A stretch of 64,000 bases of DNA from Phototrophicaceae bacterium (GTDB lineage Bacteria > Chloroflexota > Anaerolineae > Aggregatilineales > Phototrophicaceae). The DNA is taken from the NCBI GenBank assembly GCA_965116975.1, contig OZ220735.1, positions 2,370,871-2,434,870 of the forward strand, written 5' to 3'. Below the pieces are notes generated by a model. That model was not told where the DNA came from. It worked only from the letters and a program-made list of their open reading frames with translations, and made no database searches. Position numbers and translations under genes: made by a program. This document shows positions 29,442 through 38,776 of this stretch, in pieces (within the stretch, counting starts at the first letter, position 1; each line of letters starts with the position of its first letter).

Positions 29442-29696
29442 CAGGGCAATCGCTTCAAAATATTTTCAACATAGAGGACGCAGAGGACACAGAGTTCGTA
29501 GGAGTTTAGACGACTATTCTTCTAAATCTGCGGCCCGGAATCGGCAACAGTCCCCAGCGAAACGTGATTTGTCACCAAAAATCACAGCTGAGATGAGATT
29601 TTTTGTTTTTCTCTGCGTTCTCTGCGTACTCTGTTGTTAATTATCAGTTTAGAATCCCGCCATTTCGTCCGCCATCATTTTGAAGCGATTGCCCTG
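29442..29696 (+). mobile_element. 255-bp MITE-like element, copy A (orientation label arbitrary)
   Basis: It has perfect 20-bp terminal inverted repeats (CAGGGCAATCGCTTCAAAAT / ATTTTGAAGCGATTGCCCTG). It is flanked by the identical 10-bp direct repeat GGCTTTCGTG at 29432..29441 and 29697..29706. There is no credible ORF, and a second copy lies at 51900..52154. Confidence 0.85.
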
Positions 29697-29832
29697 GGCT
29701 TTCGTGGCGCATTCCAGAATACTGGCAAAATACTGCCAAGAGCGCCGAGAGATAACCTCTTGCCTGACTGCGTCGGACTGTCGAGACGCCTGTGTTATGC
29801 TATTGAGAAGGATATGACGCGGGCAAGAAAGC

Positions 29833-30918
29833 ATGAGAACGATCACGCTAAAAAACGTGAGCAAGACCTTTTACGACAAGAGCCGCAAACTCACACCCGT
29901 CCTAGCCATCAAGGACTTCAATCTGCGCGTGGAGAACGGCGAAGCCGTCGTCTTGCTGGGTCCCTCGGGCTGTGGCAAGACCACCCTGCTGCGCTTGATC
30001 GCGGGCTTGGACAATCCCGATTCGGGCGACATCTATTACAATGATGTGCCGCTGGATGAGATCCCAATCGCAGAGCGTGGAATCGGCATGGTCTTCCAAA
30101 ACTACGTCTTGATCCCGCATTGGGAAAGTCGCAAAACGGTGGGTTTTTTCCTGCGCCTGCGCGACCGCGAAGCCGAAGTGCCAGCTCATGTCGAAACCGT
30201 CGCCAAAATAACCGGCGTCGATATCGAGAAACTGATGGGAAAATTCCCGAGAAATCTTTCCGGCGGCGAAAAGCAGCGGGTGTCCATCGCCCGCGCCTTC
30301 GCGCGCGACCTGGAGCTGCTGCTTTTTGACGAACCATTCGCGAACCTGGACGCCAAGTTTCGCGGACAAGCCCGGGTAGAGCTAAAGCGCTTGATACAAG
30401 AGTTTAATGTCACGCTGGTATATGTCACGCACGATCAAGTAGAAGCGATGAGCGTCGCCGATCGTATCGTGGTCATGGACGCCGGGCGGATCATCCAAGC
30501 AGGAGCCTACGAGCAACTGCTCGCGAACCCGGACAATTTATTTGTAGCAGAGTTCCTGGGCACGCCGACGATTAACAAGTTCTGGGGAGTCGTCAGCGAA
30601 GGACAATGGGATGGCAGCTATATGGGACGCGCGCAACTGCCGCAGCCCCGCCCCAACGGCAGCGAAGTCATCGTCGGCATCCGACCGGAACATATTGTCA
30701 TCTGCGATAAAGCCTCCGGCATTCCCGCGACAATTGACCGCGTCATTCCCTATTACGCGGAGAAGTTCAACTTGCTTGAGGTCTGGCTGCGCAAGCGCCG
30801 CTGGCAGATTCAGGCGCCCTTGGAGCAGTCTTTTTCCCCGGGCGAGACTATCTGTTGTCGCTTGGACTGGTCCCAGGCCCTATTTTTCGAAGCGAAGACG
30901 GGCGCGCGCATCCGCTAG
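29833..30918 (+). CDS. ABC transporter ATP-binding protein, MalK/UgpC/MsiK-like with a C-terminal TOBE-type domain
   Basis: 361 aa with Walker A GPSGCGKTT, signature LSGGEKQRVSIARA and Walker B LLLFDEP. The C-terminal ~120 aa are regulatory-domain-like. No permease gene is adjacent. Confidence 0.88.
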   Translation: MRTITLKNVSKTFYDKSRKLTPVLAIKDFNLRVENGEAVVLLGPSGCGKTTLLRLIAGLDNPDSGDIYYNDVPLDEIPIAERGIGMVFQNYVLIPHWESRKTVGFFLRLRDREAEVPAHVETVAKITGVDIEKLMGKFPRNLSGGEKQRVSIARAFARDLELLLFDEPFANLDAKFRGQARVELKRLIQEFNVTLVYVTHDQVEAMSVADRIVVMDAGRIIQAGAYEQLLANPDNLFVAEFLGTPTINKFWGVVSEGQWDGSYMGRAQLPQPRPNGSEVIVGIRPEHIVICDKASGIPATIDRVIPYYAEKFNLLEVWLRKRRWQIQAPLEQSFSPGETICCRLDWSQALFFEAKTGARIR

Positions 30919-31529
30919 TCAAAGGCGATCAAATCTTGCCACTTGGCGATCGTGGCTTCACCGATGCCCGAGATTTTGTCCAAGTCAGCGAAATTCGCAA
31001 AAGGACCCATCTCATCGCGATAGGCGACGATGCGCCGCGCCAGCGCCGGTCCGACGCCGGGCAAGGCTAGCAATTCCTTTTCGCTCGCCCAGTTGACGCG
31101 CAGCAATTCGCCGCCCGAAGGCGTCGGCAAGTCCAAAGCCGAGCTTTGTTCCGCGCCATGGTCATCGCCGCTTTGATCTAGCGTGGGCACATGGATCTGA
31201 TCTCCATCGCGCAAGATGCCGGCTAGATTAACCAAGGTCCTATTCGCTGAATCCGCGAAGCCGCCTGCCGCCGCGATCGCGTCTTGGACGCGGCTGCCAA
31301 AAGGCAGCTCAATAGTTGTCTCAGGCAGAATGACTGCCCCGGTCACATAGACAAGAATTGGTCCCGGCGTCGCGCTAGGAACGTTGGTTGCTGTTGGAAG
31401 CGGTGGATTAATCGTGATTGTGGTCGGCTGGGGGCGGGATAAATACAACATGGTCCCGCCAAAAGCCAGGCAGATGATGACAAGCAAATAAACGACGATG
31501 GTCAATTTCGACGAGGACAGCGATGACAC
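30915..31529 (-). CDS. comEA: ComEA family DNA-binding protein (SLBB plus helix-hairpin-helix domains)
   Basis: 204 aa with an N-terminal TM helix, an SLBB-like block VYVTGAV..P....LP.GSRVQDAIAAAGG, and the C-terminal HhH LLALPGVGPALARRIVAYRDEMGPF...L..ISGIGE. Confidence 0.88.
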   Translation of the reverse strand: MSSLSSSKLTIVVYLLVIICLAFGGTMLYLSRPQPTTITINPPLPTATNVPSATPGPILVYVTGAVILPETTIELPFGSRVQDAIAAAGGFADSANRTLVNLAGILRDGDQIHVPTLDQSGDDHGAEQSSALDLPTPSGGELLRVNWASEKELLALPGVGPALARRIVAYRDEMGPFANFADLDKISGIGEATIAKWQDLIAFD

Positions 31530-31593
31530 TTGCAGCTCTTCCGCGGAATATATCGATCTTTGGCGCTATTGTATCCAACCTATTGGAAAGGTC

Positions 31594-32151
31594 TTAGGGC
31601 AAATTGTCAACCCAAACAGGCAAATGGCCCAGCGCGACGATATCGTGCCACTGCGCCCGATCGCCTTCGGTAAAGATAGCCGCTTCCGCCACAATTTTGG
31701 CACCAGCTTTGTTCATGATAAGGCGCATGCCCTGCAGCGTACTGCCGGTGGAGATCACATCATCCAGCAAGGCGATTCGCCTGCCCGAAACCAGTTTGCG
31801 GTCTTTTTCATCCAGGTATAGCGTTTGCGGCTTGCCGGTCGTAATGCTCAAGGTTTCGCTTTGCAGCGCGTCGCCCATATAGGGTTTATGCGTCTTGCGC
31901 AAGACAACATAAGGTATGGTCATATCGCTGCTTAGGGCATGGGCAAGCGGAATGGACTTTGCCTCCGCCGTGACCAGGTAATCAATGCCCTTGTCCGCCA
32001 GCCGTTCAGCCAGCGCTTTGCTCGCCGCATTGACAAATTCGGTATCGCCCAATATGTTGAGGATGGCGATCCGGACACCGGGTTTAATTTCCATCAAACG
32101 CAGTTCGCGCTTGATACCGGCAACTTCCACATTATGAACTTCCGAGGACAT
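31594..32151 (-). CDS. Type I phosphoribosyltransferase family protein (Apt/Xpt-like)
   Basis: 185 aa with the PRPP-binding motif RIALLDDVISTGSTL and the Apt-like block YLVTAEAKSIPLA. Substrate was not assignable by eye. Confidence 0.75.
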   Translation of the reverse strand: MSSEVHNVEVAGIKRELRLMEIKPGVRIAILNILGDTEFVNAASKALAERLADKGIDYLVTAEAKSIPLAHALSSDMTIPYVVLRKTHKPYMGDALQSETLSITTGKPQTLYLDEKDRKLVSGRRIALLDDVISTGSTLQGMRLIMNKAGAKIVAEAAIFTEGDRAQWHDIVALGHLPVWVDNLP

Positions 32152-32278
32152 GGCGATTCCTTTTGCTGGAGGTCCGGCTTCAGCACCACAGATTATAGCT
32201 TGCGGCTGTCATCATGGTAAAGCGCTGATGTGCCTCGCAGACAGATGACGTCCAGAATCACGGTCTCGAACCAGCCAT

Positions 32279-32977
<699 letters not shown>

Positions 32978-33154
32978 AAGCTCTCCAGAAACTCACTTTA
33001 ACAAGCCCTCTTGCACATGCGTGGAGGGCTTGTTCTGTTTCATACGCGCGACTTGCGCGCGCGCGATAGGCCGATTACGCGCCGATCGACTGTGTTACCC
33101 GTCGAATACGGCGTAAACTATATTGGGTTGCGCATTGAAGCGTCAATCAGCGTC

Positions 33155-33181
33155 AAAGCGAAAACCAGCGCCAGGCGCTGG
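33155..33181 (-). terminator. Intrinsic terminator after rnj
   Basis: On the minus strand, the CCAGCGC-cug-GCGCUGG hairpin is followed by UUUUCGCUUU, about 27 nt after the rnj stop. Confidence 0.6.
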
Positions 33182-33207
33182 AAATTAACCAAGACAGAGG
33201 GATTGGC

Positions 33208-34866
33208 CTAGATTTCGTTGACGATACTGAAAATCATGGGGCGGCGCTTCGTCTCGCTGTAGACCAGTTTTCCCAAGCTGTCCTCGACTAGATGCCTGCG
33301 GCGGCCGTTGACATTGCGGTTGCTGTTGACAACTGCCGCGACAGTCTCGCGAATTTGCTCCAAGAAGTCCTCGGCGTCTTTGAGATATACGAAGCCGCGC
33401 GAAATGATCCTGGGCTCGTCAACGAGTTTTCCGCTGGCTTGGTCGATATTAATGCTGACCAGCATGAAGCCATCGCGAGCCAATATCTCCCGGTCGCGGA
33501 TGACAGCCGGACCCACATCGCCCACCCCGCTGCCGTCGACGAAGACATATCCGCCTGGCATTCTCTCGCCAGTTGCGATTCCCTTTTTGGACAACTCAAT
33601 CGTGGTTCCGTTTTCGATGGTTACCACGTTCTCTGGGGCGATGCCGTTTTCGCGCGCCAATTTCGCGTGAAGATGCAAGTGGCGGATTTCGCCATGCACG
33701 GGAACCAGGTACTTCGGCTGCGTCAGGTTCAACATCAGCCGCATCTCCTCCTGGCAGGCGTGGCCCGAAACATGTACCGCTTCGATGGCGTCGTAGATGA
33801 CATCGGCGCCGCGCTGCATCAGCCGATTGATTGTGCGGTACACCAATTCTTCGTTGCCGGGAATCGGATGCGAGGATAAGATTATCGTATCGCCTACCCG
33901 CACATCCAGTTGACGATGACGGCCCGCCGCCAGTTTGCCAAGGACGGCCGATGGTTCTCCTTGGGAGCCGGTGACCATGAATACGACCTTATGCGGCGGC
34001 AAAGTTTGCGCGCGGCCGATATCCACCAGAATATCGTTGTCGGCGTCAAGATAACCAAGCTTGCGGGCGATCTTGGCATATTCCGACATGGTATAGCCGG
34101 TGATGCATACCTTCCGTTTATGTAGGCGCGCGGCGTTCACCACCTGCTGCACGCGCGAGATCAACGAAGCGAAGGTCGCGACCATGATTCTTCCTTTGGC
34201 ATTGCGGAATACACGGTCAAGCGCCTCCCCTATCACCGCTTCCGACTTTGTCCAGCCGGATTTGTCGGCATTGGTGCTATCCGCCAACAACAAAGCCACG
34301 CCTCTGCGCGCGAAGCTGGCAAGACGGGCGTAATCCGTCTTGCGTCCATGAACCGGCGTATTGTCGAATTTGTAGTCTCCTGTATGTACGACCATGCCGA
34401 GCGGCGTCTCAATGCCGTATCCAACACAATCCGGTATGCTGTGGCAGACGTGAAAGCTGTGCAACTTAAATGGACCTATGCGTAGTTCGTCGCCTGCGTT
34501 AAAGGAGCGTAGATCGGTTTCCTTCAGCAGACGCGCGTTTTTGAGTTTGACTTGCAGCAAGCCTCTAGTTAAAGGCGTGGCAAAAAGCGGCAAATCCGGA
34601 AAAGCCTGCACCAAATGCTGGACAGCGCCGATATGATCTTCGTGCCCATGCGTGAAGCAGCAGCCATGCAATACGATGTCATCGCGCTCTTCAAGCCAGC
34701 GAAAATCCGGGATGATATAGTCGACGCCGTGCATATCGTTCGCCGGGAACATTATGCCGCAATCGATCAGGAAACCGTCCCCGTTCAATTCGAACAAGGT
34801 CATGTTCTTGCCGATTTCTCCCAAACCTCCGATGGGCGTGATTTTGAATATAGGGTCTGTAGCCAT
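33208..34866 (-). CDS. rnj: Ribonuclease J
   Basis: Track ORF 33208..34899, with ATG at 34866 (MATDPIFKITPIGGLGEIGKNM). It has the metallo-beta-lactamase motif HGHEDHIGA and a beta-CASP region (GSQGE...HVSGHA). Confidence 0.93.
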   Translation of the reverse strand: MATDPIFKITPIGGLGEIGKNMTLFELNGDGFLIDCGIMFPANDMHGVDYIIPDFRWLEERDDIVLHGCCFTHGHEDHIGAVQHLVQAFPDLPLFATPLTRGLLQVKLKNARLLKETDLRSFNAGDELRIGPFKLHSFHVCHSIPDCVGYGIETPLGMVVHTGDYKFDNTPVHGRKTDYARLASFARRGVALLLADSTNADKSGWTKSEAVIGEALDRVFRNAKGRIMVATFASLISRVQQVVNAARLHKRKVCITGYTMSEYAKIARKLGYLDADNDILVDIGRAQTLPPHKVVFMVTGSQGEPSAVLGKLAAGRHRQLDVRVGDTIILSSHPIPGNEELVYRTINRLMQRGADVIYDAIEAVHVSGHACQEEMRLMLNLTQPKYLVPVHGEIRHLHLHAKLARENGIAPENVVTIENGTTIELSKKGIATGERMPGGYVFVDGSGVGDVGPAVIRDREILARDGFMLVSINIDQASGKLVDEPRIISRGFVYLKDAEDFLEQIRETVAAVVNSNRNVNGRRRHLVEDSLGKLVYSETKRRPMIFSIVNEI

Positions 34867-35214
34867 GTGGGGTTCTCTCCAAATACAAATGCCCGACAAC
34901 GAATACCGCTGCGGGTAAGACTGATTGAGCTGGTTATGACAATGTTATCTCGATGCTTTCCTCCAAGTTATCCTATCTATAGACTTTACATGCACATGCC
35001 ACTCGACTAGGCATGATCAGGTCCTGGATTGGGGCGTTAGGCAAACGCTGCGTTATTATTCCATACATTTCCGACTTCTACAACGCAAGGATGACGAGCG
35101 GGGGCATTACAGATTATTGGCAATTAACCGCCGAAAGCGCCGAGATTTATCCGCTTGACTGCCATAAAGGGGGCATTGTAGGGGCCTTTGACAACCAGTG
35201 TCGGCGGTCAGTGT

Positions 35215-35241
35215 CTACGCGACCTACGCGACCTACGCGAC
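35215..35241. repeat. Perfect 3 x 9-bp tandem repeat (CTACGCGAC)
   Basis: The tandem repeat is directly visible in the intergenic region between the wecE stop and the rnj start. Confidence 0.7.
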
Positions 35242-35264
35242 CCGCTGCAACGCCCGCCAACCAA

Positions 35265-36410
35265 CTATTCCCATTCTTCAAAGGCGAACAATCCCGCGAG
35301 GACTTCATCTTGCTCGGCCCGCGTTATGGCGTGGTAAAATGGCAAACGAAGCAATCTGTCGGCGATGTCTTCGGTCACCGGACAGTCGCCCTCTTGCCCC
35401 TCAAACTGCTTGCCCATGTCCGACAGATGCAGCGGCAAATAGTGGAAGACGCTGAGAATGCTCCGGCTCTTGAGGTGGTTAATCAGCGCCGTACGACACT
35501 CCAACGAGGGCAGAATCAGGTAATACATGTGATAGGCTTGTTCGACATAAGCCGGTATCGTTGGCAAGCCCACGTTATGCGCAGCCGCCCATTGCTCCAG
35601 ATGCAGCTGATAGTAATCCCAAATCTCCTTGCGCCGCGCTTGCACTTTGTCTGCCAGTTCAAACTGCGCCCAGAGATGAGCGGCTAACATGTCCGAGGGC
35701 AAATAACTCGAGCCGACGTCGACCCAAGTGTATTTGTCTATCTGACCGCGGAAAAACCGGCTGCGATTGGTGCCTTTCTCGCGGATGATCTCGGCTCTGT
35801 CGACCATCTCATCATCGTTGATAAGCAGGGCGCCGCCCTCCCCGCAGGTGAAATTCTTGGTCTCGTGGAAACTCTGCGTGGCCAACTCGCCAAAGGTTCC
35901 GAGAAAACGTCCTTTGTAACGCGCGAACAAGGCATGAGCGTTATCCTCGACAACAGCTAAGCCATTTTGGCGCGCTATCGCCATGATCGCATCCATTTCG
36001 CAAGCCACCCCGGCATAGTGTACAAGGACGATGGCGCGCGTGCGCTCGGTTATCAAGCGCGGGAGCTGCGTTTCATCGATATTCAGCGTATCCGGACGAA
36101 TATCGGCAAAGACCGGCGTAGCGCCGCGCAAGACAAAGGCGTTGATACTGGAGACGAAGGTGAAGGACGGCACGATGACTTCGTCGCCCGGCTTAATGTC
36201 CAACAAGAAAGCGGACATTTCCAGCGCGTGCGTGCACGATGTAGTTAACAAAGCGCGCGCCACCCCCAAGCGCCCCTCGAGATAGGCATGACATTTTCGC
36301 GAATATGCCCCGTCACCGGAAATATGCGACAAAGAGAGACTCTGCGCGATGTATTCCGCTTCGCGCCCAAGAAATGTCGGCTTATTAAAGGGGATGCGAT
36401 AATCTGCCAT
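35265..36410 (-). CDS. wecE: dTDP-4-amino-4,6-dideoxy-hexose transaminase (WecE/RffA-type DegT family)
   Basis: 381 aa, collinear with E. coli WecE as I recall it. Shared blocks are IPFNKP, SCTHALEM, GDEVI.PSFTFVSS.NAFVLRGA.PVF.D.RPDT.NIDE, HYAGVACEMD, SFHETKN and IREKGTNRS.FFRGQ.DKYTW.D.GSSYL. Confidence 0.9.
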   Translation of the reverse strand: MADYRIPFNKPTFLGREAEYIAQSLSLSHISGDGAYSRKCHAYLEGRLGVARALLTTSCTHALEMSAFLLDIKPGDEVIVPSFTFVSSINAFVLRGATPVFADIRPDTLNIDETQLPRLITERTRAIVLVHYAGVACEMDAIMAIARQNGLAVVEDNAHALFARYKGRFLGTFGELATQSFHETKNFTCGEGGALLINDDEMVDRAEIIREKGTNRSRFFRGQIDKYTWVDVGSSYLPSDMLAAHLWAQFELADKVQARRKEIWDYYQLHLEQWAAAHNVGLPTIPAYVEQAYHMYYLILPSLECRTALINHLKSRSILSVFHYLPLHLSDMGKQFEGQEGDCPVTEDIADRLLRLPFYHAITRAEQDEVLAGLFAFEEWE

Positions 36411-36451
36411 AGTTCTGCGATTTCTTCAGTTTCCTATTTGACAGAGTGAAT

Positions 36452-37195
36452 TCACGGCATCTGCCGGAACCATTTGTGAAACCACAATTCCGTCGACCGG
36501 CTCAGGAATCCGCAACGCTGATACAAGCGTTGCGCCGCGATATTCCGCCCTTGCGTAACAACGCTCACGGTCCTTATTTCTTGTTTTCGAAACCAGTCTA
36601 GCGCATGCAGCACCATCATCTGCGAGAGGCCCCGTCCCTGCGCCGACGCCGCTAGAGCCACTAGACCAATCTGTCCCTCGCTGGCATGTCTGTCCAGGTG
36701 ACAAGTCACGAAACCGACGCTTTTGCGATTGATTTCAGCCACAATTACCCAATCAGCATAATCCGAAGTCAGGCTCTTGGTAAGCCAGATCTGGTACAGA
36801 CTGGAGGCTCTTTCATTGTCGAGAAAGGGATCGGCGAAAAAACGCGTCGACGTGAAGCTGTCACGGGCGATGGTTGCCAAGGTCTCCAAATCATCAGCAA
36901 TAGAGGAGCGAATAATAGCGTCTCCAGTAGCTTGCGGTGGCGGCGAGTCAGGGACCTTTCGTTCTAGAGTGCTGCGAACATCAACGAAGATGAAGCCCTG
37001 ACGCTGTAGCTCCAGTATCGATGCTTGATCTCCGGCATCCGCAAGAAAGTACAGACAGTCTAGTTCCGCTTCCTTGCAGGAATCCCTCAGTAGCTGGTAG
37101 GATTCTTCGTCCAGCCAGCGGATCTGGGCGCGACCGATGCGATAAGCAAAGTGATTTGTATCCCATGGCAAGAAACTAACAAGCTGGTTTTTCAC
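36452..37195 (-). CDS. WecD-like GNAT (dTDP-4-amino-4,6-dideoxyhexose N-acetyltransferase)
   Basis: 247 aa with the two-domain WecD layout. The N-terminal L.WDT..F...IGR block and the C-terminal GNAT core (IGLVALAASAQGRGLSQMMVLHALDW...VVTQGRNIAAQRLYQRCGF) are present. The start overlaps the GT2 stop by 4 nt. Confidence 0.7.
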   Translation of the reverse strand: MKNQLVSFLPWDTNHFAYRIGRAQIRWLDEESYQLLRDSCKEAELDCLYFLADAGDQASILELQRQGFIFVDVRSTLERKVPDSPPPQATGDAIIRSSIADDLETLATIARDSFTSTRFFADPFLDNERASSLYQIWLTKSLTSDYADWVIVAEINRKSVGFVTCHLDRHASEGQIGLVALAASAQGRGLSQMMVLHALDWFRKQEIRTVSVVTQGRNIAAQRLYQRCGFLSRSTELWFHKWFRQMP

Positions 37196-38136
37196 TGTGG
37201 AACGGATTCCTCGTCTTCCGTTGACTGCCTAACGATGTAGGCTGGCTTGTCCATGATTCGCAAGTGCATTCGCGCCAGGTATTCGCCGAAGATACCCAAG
37301 GTAAACATCTGCGCCCCGGCAAAAATCGAAATCAGCGAGACTGTAAATGTAAAGCCGGGCACCTTGAACTGGAAAGCCAAAACCTGGCTCAGCAAAATGT
37401 AAATGAGAATTATGAATCCAAATAGCGTCAAGAGCAATCCTATCCCGCTGGCAAAACGCAAGGGAAGGGTACTGAAGCCAGTCAGCAAGTTGAAAGTATG
37501 AGTGACAAGTTTGCTAAAGGAGTAATTCGATTTGCCTAATGTTCTTGGAGCATGAGGCGTGGGAATGGCAATGAAACGCGTTGTGCCCCAAGTCAGCAAG
37601 ACGTCGATATTGACCAAGGGACCGTTGTAATTGGCAAAGGAGTCGCGCAAGCTGGTACGAAACGCCCGGAAAGCGCTGAGGCTGCGGGCGGTTTCCGCGC
37701 CCATAGCGCCTTGCAAAACCCACTTGGTTAGAATAGAAGCCAAATTACGCAAGAGACTGTGCCGCTGTCGCTGCGGCGTCCCGTAGGCGACGTCGTAGCC
37801 TTCATCCAGCAACTCTATTAAGCTGGGGACTTTGTCAACCGGATGTTGCAAGTCGTCGTCCATCGTCACGATTATTTCATTATTCGCCGCGCGGATGCCG
37901 CATAAAAGCGCGCTGTGCTGCCCATAATTCCGCATCAGCCGAAAACCGCGCACCCATCCGTATTCCTCCGCCAAAGACTCTATTTCCAGCCAACTTCCGT
38001 CGTCTCCATTGTCTTCAACTAATATCACTTCGTAACTATCGGTGATGCCTGGAAGCGCCGCAGCCAACTGCCGGACAACTAATGCAATGCTCTTCTCGCT
38101 GCGAAAGACCGGAATCACCACAGATACAGAAGGCAT
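37192..38136 (-). CDS. ArnC/GtrB-like GT2 polyprenyl-phosphate glycosyltransferase
   Basis: 314 aa with VSVVIPVFRSE, VILVEDNGDDGS, NYGQHSALLCG and TMDDDLQHP, plus two C-terminal TM helices (LPLRFASGIGLLLTLFGFIILIYILL and VSLISIFAGAQMFTLGIFGEYL). This is the ArnC/DPM-synthase architecture. Confidence 0.85.
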   Translation of the reverse strand: MPSVSVVIPVFRSEKSIALVVRQLAAALPGITDSYEVILVEDNGDDGSWLEIESLAEEYGWVRGFRLMRNYGQHSALLCGIRAANNEIIVTMDDDLQHPVDKVPSLIELLDEGYDVAYGTPQRQRHSLLRNLASILTKWVLQGAMGAETARSLSAFRAFRTSLRDSFANYNGPLVNIDVLLTWGTTRFIAIPTPHAPRTLGKSNYSFSKLVTHTFNLLTGFSTLPLRFASGIGLLLTLFGFIILIYILLSQVLAFQFKVPGFTFTVSLISIFAGAQMFTLGIFGEYLARMHLRIMDKPAYIVRQSTEDEESVPQ

Positions 38137-38148
38137 CTTCTCGTACCT

Positions 38149-38406
38149 CTAGCCGAGCGTCTGTGAAAGCGAATTGAGCGCCTCGGATGCGTTCATGACC
38201 GGCTCGCCTTCAAACTGGACTGTCATTAATAAAATGCAACCTTCACCCGTCAAGACCAGACTGCCAATTCCGCGCCGAATCTCTACCACGCGACCGGGCG
38301 CTGACGAGACATACTGACGCGGAGTAGCCGGAAAATCGGCCGACCAAACCGTAAGTTTGCGCTTGCGCATGTAGGTATACGCGATTTGTCGCGCAAAGCA
38401 AGACAA
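38149..38406 (-). CDS. Formyltransferase C-terminal-domain-only small ORF (possible remnant of an Fmt/ArnA-type gene)
   Basis: 85-aa ORF (TTG; first ATG at 38370). KLTVWSA...APGRVVEI..G.GSLVLTGEGCILLMTVQFEGEPVMNASEALNS aligns by eye with the E. coli Fmt C-domain VKVWKA...APGTILEA...[32 protein letters not shown]. No catalytic N-domain lies upstream. Confidence 0.5.
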   Translation of the reverse strand: MSCFARQIAYTYMRKRKLTVWSADFPATPRQYVSSAPGRVVEIRRGIGSLVLTGEGCILLMTVQFEGEPVMNASEALNSLSQTLG

Positions 38407-38776
38407 TGTGCATCCGTGTTAACCTCGGACCTGGCTGACGTATGCTATTGCCAGATTATGCTATTGCGGCTTGAATAAACAAAGGGCGTTTTCATCAAGG
38501 CATCTCGGGCTGATTAGCAATTTCACCTGCTTCCATCGGTTTAGATCCATCTGGAGATAACATCCATCCTTAACCGCGAATTGGTATTTTCACTGAAGGC
38601 TATTGTCGCGGCTTTCGACAATGAGCCTTATCAATACTCACAATGTTCAGCTGAGGCGGAGGCCCCAAAGCGACAAACATAGTAGCATTTCCTGTACGAA
38701 TTGTAGCTGGCGCGCCTTGACAAATCGGTATTGGCGAACATGGACCGAACAGACCGATACAAGCTCGCTCATTCTA

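Noticed and set aside
29634-30044. ORFs inside or overlapping the MITE copies (29634..30044, 29649..29864, 51733..51921, 51956..52174)
   Set aside because: They start within the repeat, lack an RBS and any motif, and give low-complexity translations (for example LCVLCVLC). The downstream part of 29634..30044 is out of frame with the well-supported ABC ATPase gene.
35215-35241. Tandem CTACGCGAC x3, considered as a possible CRISPR or minisatellite
   Set aside because: It has only three 9-bp units with no spacers and no other copies in the window. It is too short to be a CRISPR array and is listed only as a simple repeat.
35013-35687. A 224-aa plus-strand ORF across the rnj-wecE intergenic region
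   Set aside because: Its 3' two-thirds run antisense to the strongly supported wecE gene. Its 5' part covers the tandem repeat and has no motif or RBS.
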